DNA of 64,000 nucleotides from Paraspadella gotoi (Eukaryota; Animalia; Chaetognatha), in assembly GCA_051294375.1 (NCBI GenBank), contig CM119266.1, positions 14,488,755 through 14,552,754 on the forward strand, written 5' to 3'. Made by a program: the position numbers and the translations under genes. The notes beneath the pieces are model-generated. The model was not told the DNA's origin, searched no databases, and saw only the letters and a program-made list of their open reading frames with translations. This document shows, one piece after another, positions 45,935-59,800 of the stretch. Numbering within the stretch: position 1 is the stretch's first letter; each line of letters opens with the position of its first letter.

Positions 45935-47198
45935 ACCCACTGAAGACCAACCAAAAAAAAAACTAGTTCGCTTGAGACAATGAAAAAAAAATAAAATGCA
46001 AAAAACGGACACATCGGATTATTTTTGTACTTAAACTTTCATTGAATACGCCACAAACGTTTAAAATAACTCGATGCAATCATCTGTTGTACCTTTGCAT
46101 CCTGTCGTCGTCGTGATTTCACCTTCCCGCTCTTCTACGTCAAACTTCGTTCGGTGGTTGGGATTTTTTTTTTTTAACTAAAGCTCGTTCTCTCGAATCT
46201 TGCCTTTAAAAAATACCCCAATACCAGTGTTAAAGAACTATATTATAAAAACAAGAAAATCGATTTTTTTTTCTGTCTTCTCCGAATGAAACCAAATCGC
46301 GTTGTCTCTCTCGCTCAATTTTATTCGCATGAGATCGTCTCCATTTTTTGTTTGTTTTTTGAGCATTCCGTTCTCTTCCTCGGAATCGATACTGAGATAT
46401 GGATTTTCTGCCTAATTTTATCACGGCCCTCTGAGATCTGCGATGTTCTAATTAATTTTTTTCCGAAAACGAGCGTCCAAAATGCAAAGTAATACTTGGC
46501 AAAATTTTAGCCAGAAAAATTTTCATTGATCTTTTTGATATTTGTAATTTAAAAGTTATTGTCGAAGCAAGTAAGCATAATCTTTAATTTTATGCCTACT
46601 AGCTTTAGTTTTTGCACCTTATGAAATTTAAAGAACCAAAAAATTGATGGAATCTCAGCTCATATCCTTTAACGTTTTTTAATTGTCTGTTGTATGTCTT
46701 GTCGATCATTTTATCAACAAACTTATTTTTTGACACATGTTCCTTACCTAGGTTGGAATCGAGCAGTTTTTGCGTCCTTTGTCTATGTATTTATTCTAAT
46801 TTAAATTTTAACCGATTCATTTATAAATTCGTCTATTTACTGTATTTCAATATGAATAGCTTTTTTACTTTTGAATAATGATTTAAATTCATCGTTTTCA
46901 AGTATTAACTGAAGTTGTTAACTGGTAGAATATAGCAAATATAACCTCAGTCATATAGATGACGATGCGTTAACAACCTTTAAGATTTATTGCTTTTTTA
47001 AAAACAAATTTTATGTACTGATAATCCCAGATAATCAATAAAACCAGGAATAATACATTAAAGAACACAAACTTTCGTAGTTTAAGCCGTAGTTGCCTCT
47101 GGTCAAAAATTTTATTAAGTGATCCCTAACGAGTCAAAATCTCCCGACGTACCAATTCCTTCAACTAAACTATTAAAAAAGCGTCGCCGACCAGCAAC

Positions 47199-49205
47199 AT
47201 GTTGAAGTGGATAAACAGCGAGGGTCGGCGCAAAGACCCCGAGGTCTTCGAATCCGTCGTCGAGGGTCTCAAAAACATCTACAAGCAGAAAATCTTCCCC
47301 TTGGAGGAGCATTACCGCTTCCACGATTTCCACTCTCCAGTTCTTCAGGTTGGAACGGCAATTTTTATTTGTAGTAAGCTGTTAGCTAAACTAACTAATG
47401 ATCCCTATTTTCGTTCTCCAGGAGGCCGATTTTGAGGCCCGTCCCATGATCCTCTTGGTCGGACAGTATTCCACGGGGAAGACGACGTTCATCCGTTACC
47501 TCCTCGAACGGGACTTTCCCGGAATTCGAATCGGGCCGGAACCGACCACCGATCGTTTTATCGCTGTCATGTTCGGGGATCAAGACGGAGTCATTCCCGG
47601 AAACGCCCTCGTTGTCGATCCAAAGAAGCAATTTCGCCCGCTGTCAAAATTCGGCAATGCCTTTCTCAATCGGTTTCAGTGCTCGCAGGCCAAGAGCGAC
47701 GTTCTCCGTAGCATCAGTATTGTGGACACCCCCGGCATTCTCTCCGGTATGTTGAGGAACGCAGTTGGTTATAAGCGGTAACGATGTGCCGTTCGCAAAA
47801 CAGCTCTAGATAGCATAAGCATAAGATGCTGTATAGTAATAGTTTCTGTTTACATTTTCGCAGGCGAAAAGCAACGAGTAGATAGAGGATACAACTTCAC
47901 GGGTATTCTGGAATGGTTCGCTGAAAGAGTTGACCGCATTCTTCTTCTTTTCGACGCTCACAAATTGGACATTTCCGACGAGTTTAGACGCAGCATCGAA
48001 GCCCTTAGAGGACACGACGACAAAATTCGCATCATCCTTAACAAGGCGAGTTTTTAGGCCAATTGTTTTCGGGTCTTTTTATTAATTTCTCCCCATTTGC
48101 CTCTTTTCCTTCTTTGTAATGTATTTTATTTGATCTTATAATATGTACCTAAAATCACAGGCTGACATGGTGGACCACCAGCAGCTGATGCGAGTCTACG
48201 GCGCCTTGATGTGGTCCTTGGGAAAGGTTTTGGCGACACCCGAAGTGGCTCGTGTTTACATCGGGTCATTTTGGGACCAACCGCTTCACTTCGACACCAA
48301 CCGTCGTCTCTTCGAAGCCGAGGAGCAAGATCTGTTTAGCGATCTACAGTCACTTCCGCGGAATGCTGCTCTGCGGAAACTGAACGACTTGATCAAGCGG
48401 GCTCGTTTAGCTAAAGTACACGCTTACATTATTAGTCATCTTAAGAAGGAGATGCCTTCCGTTTTTGGCAAAGAAGGAAAGAAAAAAGAGCTAATCTCCC
48501 GGCTGGACGACATCTACGGTCAGATCCAGCGAGAGCACTCCATCTCCCCCGGCGATTTTCCTCCCATTGATCGAATGCAGGCGGTGCTGGAGCATCAGGA
48601 CTTCAGCAAATTCAACGTCATCAAACCGAAACTGCTGGAAACGGTGAGCGGAGCTTGTTTCACTAACACAACTTGCCAGATCATTCAATATCGTAAATTC
48701 GTTTCAGGTGGACAAAATGCTTGCTGAAGATATCGCCCGGCTGATGGCGCAGATTCCCTTGGAGGATACTGGCTCGCAGAGGGAAGGCTCTGTGCAAGGC
48801 GGCGCTTTCGAGTCAGTGCGCGATCCCGAAGTTTCCCCGTTTGGCTACGGGCGAGGCGAGGGCGTGGACGCCGGGCGCGGCGAGTCGGAATGGGTCGTCT
48901 CCCAAGAGCGGTACAAGTACGACGAGAAATTCGAAGAGCTCGACCCCATCAATGGCAAGGTCAGCGGCGCCAAGGCCAAAAAGGAGATGGTGAAGTCCAA
49001 ACTCCCCAATTCCGTGTTGGGAAAAGTGTGGAAACTCTCTGACATCGACAAGGACGGACAGTTGGACAAGGATGAGTTCGCCCTCGCGATGCACCTGATT
49101 CAAGTCAAACTTGATGATCACCAGCTGCCGGACGAATTACCCCCTCACTTGATCCCGCCCTCCAAGAGACCGGACGCAACCGCCAATGGATACTACGACG
49201 AATGA
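47199..49205 (+). CDS. EHD1: EH domain-containing dynamin-like ATPase (EHD1/Past1/RME-1), 5 exons
   Basis: GQYSTGKT, IGPEPTTD, DTPGILSG, LNK|AD and RVYIGSFW, with a C-terminal EH domain LPNSVLGKVWKLSDIDKDGQLDKDEFALAMHLI. Confidence 0.97.
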
Positions 49206-50305
49206 ATGTGAAAGCGAAAACTTCTAATTTTTTTCTCCCCTTATTAGCTGAAGAACATAAATTTACTCCCCTAGTTTTGGGTTAGATCATATTGGTTTAT
49301 TAATAGGTTTTTACAACCGCGAATGTGGATGATGAGAGATAAAAATGTATACCGAGCGAGGGCGGGTTTCCAGTTGTAGAATGGTTCGGTGAAGCTTGTC
49401 ACTAATTCATCCATGTTCCAGTGTTTGTATATATATATATGCGAACCTTGCCGGGAGAATAATTTTCAAAGTTTCAATATTTTTTTTTACTATTGAACTG
49501 CAAGGTATTTTGTTTCTAGTCTTCCTTAAGTTAAAGAAAAACAACCAAACAAGACGCTTGTTTGGTTAATTGGGGTTAACTTAATCCTTTTTTAGTGGAA
49601 TTTTTTTTTTTTTTAGCGCTTATCCTTGTAAATCCTTATCCTAAATGAGGAAAACAGTTTAGGTCTATACATATTTTTTTTCGTAATTCTCTGTGCAAAC
49701 TCTCTTATGATTATTAAACTAGTCAATATTTTTTTGTCTTTATAATAATGTGTTATTTAAGACATACATGAATGTGGAGATAAGTTGCCCATTTTGATTA
49801 CCGCCCCCTTTCTAGAATTTGCCGATCAATTGCAGATTGATTCGGTTGGCTCATTATATACATAGGTCATGTATTGAATAGCTTGAAATAAACCTAAGTC
49901 GGATGACGCAGTGGCTCAATTTTGATCCGCTTTATTGAGAATCGTAAAAGTTTTGCGGGAGGGTGAATCGAAAACTGATCCCAAACGTCCAATGGTGCCT
50001 TTATTAAAGGTTAGTGTCTTTAAGGCTTCATTATTTAAAGACGAAAACAAAAACTTCAATATATTTTTATTTGTGTAGGTACGTGTATGTTGCGAATTTG
50101 GTAAATTGAGAGCACACTAAAACATTGCGCCCATGTAATTATTTTCAACTTTAATGTACAATGAGCTTTCTAAATTCCATCCTCTTATAAGTTTTTTTTC
50201 TTTCTCTGATGGGAATTTTGTTTATTTTTTTAAAACTGTCTTCAAAGGTGATACGCATATTTAAAAATGATGCTATTTTTCTATTTTCACTGCTGAAACA
50301 AACTC

Positions 50306-51257
50306 ATGCAGCCACTTCAAAAAAAAATGCCTTCTTTTTCTTCGGACTTCTGTCCGGTAACAGACCAAGTGCGTCCCCCTTCTCCAATATTTGCGAACAG
50401 CCTGTTATCCACGCAGTCGCCCACCGATTGTCGAGATCGGTGGCATCTCGACTTATCAGCTAACGCCCCCTCATCTTCTTCATCCTCATCGTCATCTTCT
50501 GTTTCGCAACAAAGAAAAGACGATCATGACGATCCGTTCAAAAAGCCAAAATCTCTTTTTAAGGTATTTTTTACTTGAATATTAAACAATTCGGATTATT
50601 AAATTTTCATTCTGATTGGTTAACGCTCTAACATTTCAGCGAAGTAAAGTCCTCGACGGATCGTTCCGAATTGTGAACCTCAGTCGTCGACCAGTTCCCG
50701 ACGCGTCGCCCGCCTCCTGCAACGATAGTCATTTATCGAAAGTTCGAAATTCGACGCCCCTGACGGCCGATGGAACAATTTTCGACTGCTGTTCGCCGCC
50801 CTCCTCAATCGTCAGTCCTATCTGTTCCGATAATCGCATAGAGAGAGATTGCGACAGTGCTGGATGCAGCCAATCGAAACGGAGAAAAACTTTGCCCTAC
50901 TCGAAATTAACGAAGGGAGAATTCACTCAAAACACAAATGTGAGCTACTTTTATTTCATAATCATCTTCGCGATATTCGTACGATTTTTATTTTCGTAAT
51001 CGTTATTTTCGCTTATGCTTTCAGCGATCTCAATTATGTAAAGAACTCGTTGTAGCGCATTCTTACATTCCAAATTTGCGAGATAAACGGCCCAATCCAT
51101 TGGGAATTTACCCTCGGCGTCCCATAAACAATCGAACTAAAGGTGGGTGTTGTTATGCTATTTAGTTTGGTTTTGCCTATTTGCGGCGTTTTAATTTTGT
51201 TCAACTTTTTTCAAGATCTGATAATTTCCCACTCAACTACATTCTTCTCTACAAACG
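50306..51257 (+). CDS. Uncharacterised Ser/Pro-rich multi-exon ORF; separate gene or N-terminal extension of TMEM41B
   Basis: Four GT-AG bounded exons chain in frame (..KSLFK|RSKVL..QNTN|RSQLC..NRTK|DLIISHSTTFFSTN). No domain is recognisable and the 3' end is ambiguous. Confidence 0.5.
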
Positions 51258-51383
51258 TAAGTTACATGTTATTTTGGTCTGAAGTCTGAACGTATTGAAT
51301 GTTGTTCTATATACATACTCTTTAGAAACAATTTTATTAATCAGGCTTTACTGTCACCTATAATAAAGTGTATATCGGAAAAG

Positions 51384-53296
51384 ATGTCTCCTAGAAAACG
51401 CCCGACAAATCTTACTTCAGGAAGTTCAATCTCGCAATCCAAGAAGCTTAATATTGGTGAGGGAAATATTTCAATATTTGACCCTTAAGCCGAGATATGG
51501 GGCCCCCATCCGGGTCAGGCACAGGGGTGAAAAATTGTCAAAAATTTTTCTTTAATTTTTATAATTTTTGAGTTTTCAACAGTTGCATAGACGTTTATTC
51601 ATCTTGAAAAACGTAGTTATTACTACCAAAAAACAAGCGGTTCATGCCAAATTTGGAGTAAGGGAAAATTCGAATTTTAATGATGAACCATGGATCTTCA
51701 AACTACATCAATTTTACATCTAAAATGTTTTTTTCATGTGGTTACGAAATCAATGCAACTGATGACGCAAATAAATTCATGAAAAGAAAAAAAAAATTCG
51801 GCTTTTATCGCCCCCTCGGGGTTCATCGGGGGGCCCCTGTATCTCCTGTCGGTAGTTGAATATCAAAAGTCCCCTCGATAGTTCCATTTGTATAGCCAAA
51901 GCCTACCTTTTACTAAATTTGATCGTGTAATTTGTGATGAGCCGATTCTCGGCTCGAAAAAAACGGCGTATCATTTTGTATTCACATGATCGTTGCAAGA
52001 GTCAACCAAGTTTTTTTTTTTTTCGGGCGTAGATTCTTCAAATGAGTCGGAGATTTCGAAGAATACGTCTTCATCCACCGTCGGCTCAACTTTCTCCGGT
52101 GTCATATTAATCCTCATCGCATTTTTGTCTTGTCTCTCTCTTCTTTACTACTTGTACACCAAAGTGCCTCATCTTTCAGGTACTATTCAAAGTCCTTAAT
52201 AAGCGAGCTTGTTTGTTTTGGAAATTTAAATGTTTATCCACCCCATTATCAGACGAAGAACTGCTCCTCGTTAAATTTCCTCGATCTATCGAGGACGCCA
52301 AGGATTTAGGAAAAGTTCTCAGCGCCTACAAGGACGACCACTTCGACGTTATCGTTCTCGGCTTTTTCGCCGTTTATAACTTTTTGCAGACTTTCGCCAT
52401 TCCAGGCTCCATTTTTCTCAGCATCTTGTCAGGATTTCTTTTTCCCTTTCCCTTGGCTTGTTTTTTGGTTTCACTCTGCTCTGCGCTCGGAGCTTCCTTT
52501 TGCTACCTTTTGAGGTAAATAAAACTCAATAATTTAACCCATTTTCATTGTCGGATTTCAATCAGGAATTTATAAATTAAATGGTTTCTTTTAGAAAAAC
52601 AATTAGCAGTGGAATAATTATTATTATTTCTGTTGTACAGCTCAGTGGTGGGAAAACCAATCATGAATCGCTACTTCAAGTGTCGGGTTGAGGAATGGCG
52701 TTCGACGGTCGAAAGGCAACGGCAAAATCTACTCTCTTACATCATATTTCTTCGGATTACGCCCTTTTTACCAAATTGGTAAGTATTGACGATGAATTTT
52801 TCCCCCTTATCTTCAACGTTTAAATGATGATTAAGCCATGCTAATACAGAGATGGTGGTGCCGTCCATGAGTTGAGAACCTTTTCTCGGTCCAGATGTGT
52901 CTGGATTCGACCTGATTTTTTCGTATACATTATAAATTTACTTTTTCTCTAATTATATGCCTTAAGTAATTCTGTGTATATTTTTATTTTAGGTTCATCA
53001 ATATTACCTCCCCAATAATTGGTGTTCCGTTAATATACTTCTTCATCGGCACTTTTATTGGAGTGGCTCCACCTTCATTTGTTTATATTTCCGCTGGTGG
53101 GTGGCGACAAAACATTCTCGGTTTGTTGATAATTTTAATCAACATGCGTTATTTCATTCTAGGGCAAACCCTTCATCAGTTGACATCGACATCATCGATT
53201 TTGACATGGTACCAGATAGCTATGCTCGGGTTGGTGGCCTTGATATCGCTTCTACCGGTTTTACTCAAGGATACTCTGAAAAAAAAATTCTCTTAG
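51384..53296 (+). CDS. TMEM41B: TMEM41B / stasimon, VTT (DedA) domain ER scramblase
   Basis: KFPRSIEDAKDLGKVLSAYKD, FLQTFAIPGSIFLSILSGFLF, IFLRITPFLPNWFINITSP, GVAPPSF and C-terminal LKKKFS. The start MSPRKR at 51384 is a best guess. Confidence 0.92.
51480..51980. mobile_element. Degenerate MITE-like insertion in TMEM41B intron 1
   Basis: Internal inverted repeat GAGATATGGGGCCCCC / GGGGGCCCCTGTATCTC about 330 bp apart. The intron is much longer than its neighbours. Confidence 0.35.
52822..52918 (+). ncRNA. Intronic box C/D snoRNA, predicted guide for U6 snRNA Am53 (mgU6-53 / SNORD8-SNORD9-like)
   Basis: Box C ATGATGA 52824-52830. Guide GCCATGCTAAT 52835-52845 is complementary to U6 AUUAGCAUGGC. 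D' CAGA 52847-52850, box D CTGA 52912-52915 and a short terminal AAA/TTT stem. It lies in sense within a TMEM41B intron about 75 nt from the 3' splice site. Confidence 0.85.
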
Positions 53297-53877
53297 CCTT
53301 ATGCTCATTTACTCGAAGCTCAACAGTGATTCACGTGATACGTCGGTAGTAATAGTAATTATTTTACTTGATAGATGTTGAAATACTACTTAAAAATTGC
53401 ACTATTTGGCGAATTTCCTTAAAAAATGAGTGTAAATATTTCATTCTATAAGCGCTAAAAATTGCAATTGTTTATGATTTATTACTTGGATTTTTCTTAC
53501 TCGAGCTATAGTATAGTGTGTTTTGATTTTCTTTATCAGAAGAAAAATGTTAAATTCAGTAAGCTGCCATCGCCGAGCTATCGAGCTACAGACAACATTG
53601 TTCATTTTTTCTGAAAACAAATTCTCTTTGAATCGAAGAAGGAGTAGAGGGCAATTTATTTAAATCCAAACTCCAAGCGAGGACAAGTTGATTAAATTCA
53701 ATAAAGTACGTACATTGATTAAAATTGATTGGCTCGTGAAGTGTACAATGTACACTGTACATACGACGATGCTGAGTATTGCTTGGCCGACACCAAAATG
53801 ATATCAAAATTGTGCTAAATTTCGGAAGATCACAATAAAATGAGAAAAAATAAAAAACTAAACGAAAACAAACCGAA

Positions 53878-56800
53878 TTATGTTTTCGGGATTTTTAATA
53901 ACGACAATGGCTGATTATCTTCAACTTCATCATCGACCACGTTGACGTGTCGTTCATCTTCGGGTACTGCGCCGCTTTCTTCATCACCGTCTCCCTCGCG
54001 ATTCGACGCAATTCCGACAACATTCGGCGAAATTTGCATATCGACGGCCTTGGATTCCTTATCCTCGTTGCTGGACGACGATCCCGAGAATATCTCTCTT
54101 GCCAGTCCGCCACGCTGTATGTCTCGGCGTACTGACCCTTCGGTGCTGTACCTGGCGCTCAGCATCAAAGCGACCTTTTCTAGCGTGTCGCGGGGCGTCG
54201 TGTGCTCCTTGATGAGGTTAATCTGGTCGTAATAAGTTGTATTTCGCTTTTTGCTAAGGTCGAGGATGTGATCTTGGGTGGCTAAGGGATTTTCTATAGG
54301 AGTCGACTTGGAGACGAGATTAAGAGCCACAGTGGGTGACGTCGCGCCGCCAGATCCGCCACAATCGAGTCGCGTCAAATTTCTGAAGAATAGGTTCAAT
54401 AAGTCTGAGAAGGTTTAATTTAAAAGTTAACTTGGATTTACTACCAACCTGGTTTTGAAGATGTCGTTGTGGTCGTGGTCGATATGCATCCTCAACACAG
54501 CCACGGAAGGGAAAGCCTTTTCGCAAATGTGGCACTTGAATGTGTGAAACTGTGAGGAAGCGATGCGGCCGTTGTCCTGGTTACACCTTTGCAGAGCCAT
54601 CTGAGTTGGCGTAGGAATGTAGAAATATGATAAGCTCTTGATTTGTATGTATCATGATCAGCGAAGGTTTAAAAATATTTAAAAACACAAAATATCACCT
54701 CTCTGAATTTATGGGATGAGAAGTCCAAATAACTTAGATCTCCAAAACCCATTGGTTTTCTAGGTTTGGCGTGTGCGGTTTGATAATGTAGCGTAAATGC
54801 TTGAGGGGTAGTAAAAGTCGCATCGCAATCCGGACAGGCGCTAGCCATCTGCATAGAAAATAGAAAGACTTCGTCGTTGTCGTCGTTTTCGTTTGAACTA
54901 TTTGAGCTTCCAAATAGCTTCCAAATAGTACGTAAAGTAAGGACAAATTGCAGTTTTTCATGGTTTTGAAAATGTATCCACATACTGCAGTTTAGGTTCC
55001 CATTAGGATTTTATACCTTAGACAAATTGTGTTCTTCTACGTGCATCTTGTATCCGATCTCGGACAAAAAAGTCTTGGAGCAAATCGGACACGTGAGTTG
55101 CGAAGCTGGAGAAAATCGCGATGGAAGCAGAGGCGAAGAAGTTTCCGATGTATTCTTATCGTTTTTTTCAGTCGAGGTTGCGTTGTGTTTCTAGTAAATG
55201 AATGTGATATAATTTGAACGATCAAGGCCATGGTTAATAGTGGTTATATTACAATTTATAATCGACGTCAACTCACCTCAAAATCGGACCTTTTCTTTTT
55301 CCCATTAAGCTTTTCCATTTTTTGCCCGGCTTTCTCCCCATTGCTGCCAACATTGCTCTTCTTTTCCGCATCGACTAAATTTTCGGCGAATTTATATGTA
55401 TTATGATAAACAGGATTTCCTTTTCATGGTTCCATAAGTATATAATAAATATATTTTTCTCACCAGGAGCTACGTTTTTCCTCTTCCTTCCTCGATTTCC
55501 TCGTCCTGAATACTTTTCTTGAATCTCTTCCGCAGTCGTGGTTCCTTCTCTCTCATGGATCCGCAGGTGGCGATGCATATTGCCGTTAGTCGTGAAGGCC
55601 ATGCTGCACAACGGACAAACGAAGGGTCTTTCACCTGAAAGGCAAAACGTGAAGCTTTGGTCATTGAACTTACAAAAGTTTTTTTTAGGAAACTCTTACC
55701 CGAATGCACGAGCATGTGTCGATCCAATGAGCTCTGCGAGCTTAAAAATTTTCCACAAATTGTGCAAGAGTGATTGATGGGAGATGGAAGGAGAGAGCTG
55801 CTTTGCCCACCGTCGCTTCTATCGTCCGCAGATTCGGGCGATCGAGAACCGGGAGATAATTTTCCTTATTTGAAAGTTAAAGAGTTGACCTTTTTATTGA
55901 AGATCAAGAAATGCGGGCACAAACGCGAAACTCACTTTCGCCGAATCCCTCGGCTCCCGAGTGCTTCTCGTGGTTATGATTCCTTATATGAATGGTAAGG
56001 GCGTGATTGGTCGTAAGGTGTTGACGACACAGCGGACATTCGAATACCGGCGTTTGTCCGTCTAATGGGTCGACGGTGATGGGTTGAATCTAGAAAAGAG
56101 CATAGTAGAATGAAATTCGTTCTTTAAATCCTTTTAATCAATGTCAGTGCTTTAAAATCCTTTCAACCTGATTAGCCCCCCCTAATTCTGTATTGTAATT
56201 TGATCTTTTTAGTTTGAAACTATATCGTGGCTAGTTTTGTTTCAGGCTGCTCTTCTTTGCTCTGCTCTGCATTTCTTCAATCTTCTCCTCACTGCGAGAG
56301 AGGGCGGCCTTCTGCACTCTTTCAAAAGCAGCTGACTCGTTTCTGCTGCTCGCTAAATTTTAATTCGTCTCATTATGCTTCCACCAAATCAGCATTTTCG
56401 CTCTCGTCTCGTTAATAATTATAATCTAGACTGTTAAATTTAAGTTTTTCACAATTATTTTTGTCATCTGATACAAATAATAAATCATTCTTTCTTATTA
56501 AGTTCTGTTTTGTGAATTATTTTGAACAACAATATTTCTGCATCGTTAAGATTATGTACCACACGTCCTGAAACTCCTCAATGAACGATTTGTTTGCGTA
56601 AGTTTACGCATAAAAATTATTGTAGGGAAAAGCCTTGGATAACCTTTAACCATGATGTATGGTTTCGAAGGCGATTTTCGGCCCGGCAAGCCACAAGTTT
56701 CCCTCACGGGGAGGAGCAAAAACTCTAGTTACTCGGAGGTAATTCGCGCCGCTAAGGAGGCGCGTCAGACCCGCGAGCGCGAACGTAAGCTCGTTGACAG

Positions 56801-59800
56801 CGCCGTAAAGATCCAAGCCTTTTTCCGCGGATTTCGCGACAGGTTCGCCGCGCGAGCCTCTCTCGAAGTCGCCTTCGAAGGTTCCCTACGCCGACTCAAC
56901 GACCCCGAAGTCTCAGAGGAAAAAAAACTCGTGACTTTGCGCCAGTTGCTCCGCGGCGCCGCCTTCTTTCTTTCTGCGTCACGGGACGGTCCCCGCCTCT
57001 TGCAAATCCTGTCATATTGCGTGACGGACAAAACTCGCGTGGCTCGATGTGTCGGTAACAGTTCCACGAGTTATTCTATCAAACGCGTCCTCGTTCTCGC
57101 GTGTAACAACTTGCGCCACGCTACCTTCACTGGGTCACGGTCGATCCACGCACTGCCTCTGCGCGCGCTCGAGACTTTCCTGGATCCTTCGACTTTCAAA
57201 GACATCGTTCCCGACAGCGAAGCGTTCGTGGCCGGCGTCGCCGTCTACTGCGTTCGCCACGGCTTCTACGACGATCTCCTCGCCTTTTTCAACGATCGCG
57301 TCCCCGTAGACATCAATGCTGAGTCGCCCAACGAGCGTCCGCTCGTCACTCCCCTCGCCCAATCCTTGCTTACTTTGCTGATGACGCCTTTGAGACTTTC
57401 TCGCACCGTCTCCGTCCGCGGACCTGGTCCGTCACAAGATTTCGACGATGTGTACGAGGCGTTGACGAGAAGCGCCTTCGTCGATCACATCTCTCCACAA
57501 GTCGGACTCCTCTTCATCGACGCTTTGACCGATGATGGATTCTCGCTCGAAATTTATTTGGCGCTTCTCAAACGCCTTCTACCTGCGCAGTCATCGCAAG
57601 TATTGATCACTCGAACTCTGGTTGAAAATAATTCTACCAAGAGTTCGGCCCGAATTCCAGCTCTGCGACCGTCGCCGTGGCTACTGATGGCCACAACCAT
57701 GTTGGGTGAAAGACTGTTAGGCAATGAAGGCAACCTAGACGTATCCGTAAATTATCTTCAGGTAAGGAAATTTTTAGGGCCCTCCTAAAAGATAATTGTA
57801 TTTGATAAGCAAATTCCAACCATTGGCTGATGTTTGAAGGAAAAATTCAAATAGTATTTCTTCCTAACTTGAATGCATTTTTTTTCCGAAGGTATTAGAA
57901 ATTTTGGTTTTAAACCTACCCCACCCCGGAGTCGGAACAGCGGGGCACGATTCCGAGGATGAAGACGACGAAGATGTCATGGACTATTCTGATGTCGCTT
58001 TACCAGGATCCTTCCCAATTAACAAGGCAAATACCACTTTCACGATTTTTGCAGATTCCTTTTTATTATTTCAAATACGTTTTAATTTCAGGCTGAAGCT
58101 GCGCACCACTCCGTTGCCCTCCTTCGAAGCACCTCGCATTCTGAGCTCTTTCAAATGGCTGCTCGATCCTCTGCCACAGACGATCGAATTATCGGACCGC
58201 TCTGCGCCATCGCACATTTCATTTTACGACGAGAACGCGGTGGAGTCCTTCGCCTGGATCTCCTCTCGCGTCTCGCCTACGCGCCTTCTTTCCTTCGATC
58301 CCTCTGGGCTTACGTCAACTCTCTCAACGCGACGCTGATCGGCGAGCGTAAGAGTTCGTTGCTGGCGCTGGTCGCCCGCGGCGTCGACATTTCCAACGAT
58401 AACCTCCACCGAGTTGCGCCGCCGTTGACGCTCTTCGCTGCCCTCTTCTCCCACCTGCTGGTCTCGCTGCACGAGAACGAGTTTCTGCGGTCGGATTTCA
58501 GGGAAAATCCGAGCGGGAATTGGAATCCCATGCCTTTTGTCGTCAATGAACTCGTCGACATCTGCGCGACGTTGAGGGACGTTGGAGTCGGGATAATCAA
58601 ACTGGCGCACCCGGATTCGTGGACGCAGGTAAGTCGAATTGATAACCAGGGGGAAGGTTGAAGTTTTGTCAATTTAAAATTTTACGTCTTATCTTTATTC
58701 TAGCTTAACGAAGACTACCGTCACCTACTCGACAAGTCTCGACTCTCACAAATCGAAGAAATGAAAACTGCCAAAGCAGAGTTTCAAGCCACGCTCGTGT
58801 TTATCTTCAAGTACCTAGTCACGCTCATCAAGCAGCTTCACTCCCGGGACTCCCGAAACCCGTTCACTCCTTCCGACCATTGGCTCGCAGATGTAGATAT
58901 CGACGCCGATAAACTTCAGCAAATTTACAGGTATGGCGAGCTGTGCTTGATAAGACCTTGGCCCAATGACCAAAATATTTATCCGTTGCCCATTCGACTT
59001 TCAGAGCCCATCAAATTGTGTTCCAAATGCAAACCTTCACCTCATCCACTTTCCTGGACGCCCAGCAGATGAACCAGGAGGAAGGGGTTTTCCTCTCAAA
59101 CACTGACGTAAAAAACCTGACCATTCTACGAGAGCTTCCCTTTGTAGTTCCATTCCGGGAGCGGGTTAAGATCCTTCAACGAATAATAGCGCACGATAAG
59201 TCTGATCATCAGGAGGAAATGTTCCTTCACAACGAAGGGATTGTGGTAAGTTTTATTGAAGTAGGGGCTTCAGTAGAATTATATTCACAGTTTGTTATTT
59301 TTATGATTGTGATTAATTGATTATGTTATGAATTACCTCTAGATTAACGTCAGACGCGGATTTTTATACGAAGATGCTTTTGAAAAATTGTCACCCGAAA
59401 ATGAACCCAACTTAAAAAAGCGGATGCGGGTTCAGTTACAAAATGCTGTCGGTGATTATATCCCTCGAAATTGGATGCACTGTAAGTGTTAGTTTAAGTA
59501 TCAAATAACATTTCCTGTTTTTTAAGGTTTGGACGAGGCTGGCATTGACGGCGGCGGCATTTTCCGAGAATTTCTCAACGAGCTTCTGAAAGAGGCATTC
59601 AACCCGACGCGAGGCTACTTCGTTGCTACACACGACAAACTGCTGTATCCAAATCCTCTTGCGCACCTCATCGATTCTTCCTTCAAGCGGCACTATTATT
59701 TTTTAGGAAGAATGCTCGGTAACATTTTGTAAGGATTTAATTAACCAATGAACAAAGTATATCATTCTAACTACATACTTAGGAAAAGCCATCTACGAAA

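Noticed and set aside
51680-51762. ATGATGA...CTGA pair in TMEM41B intron 1
   Set aside because: It has no terminal stem or recognisable guide and lies inside a MITE-like insertion.
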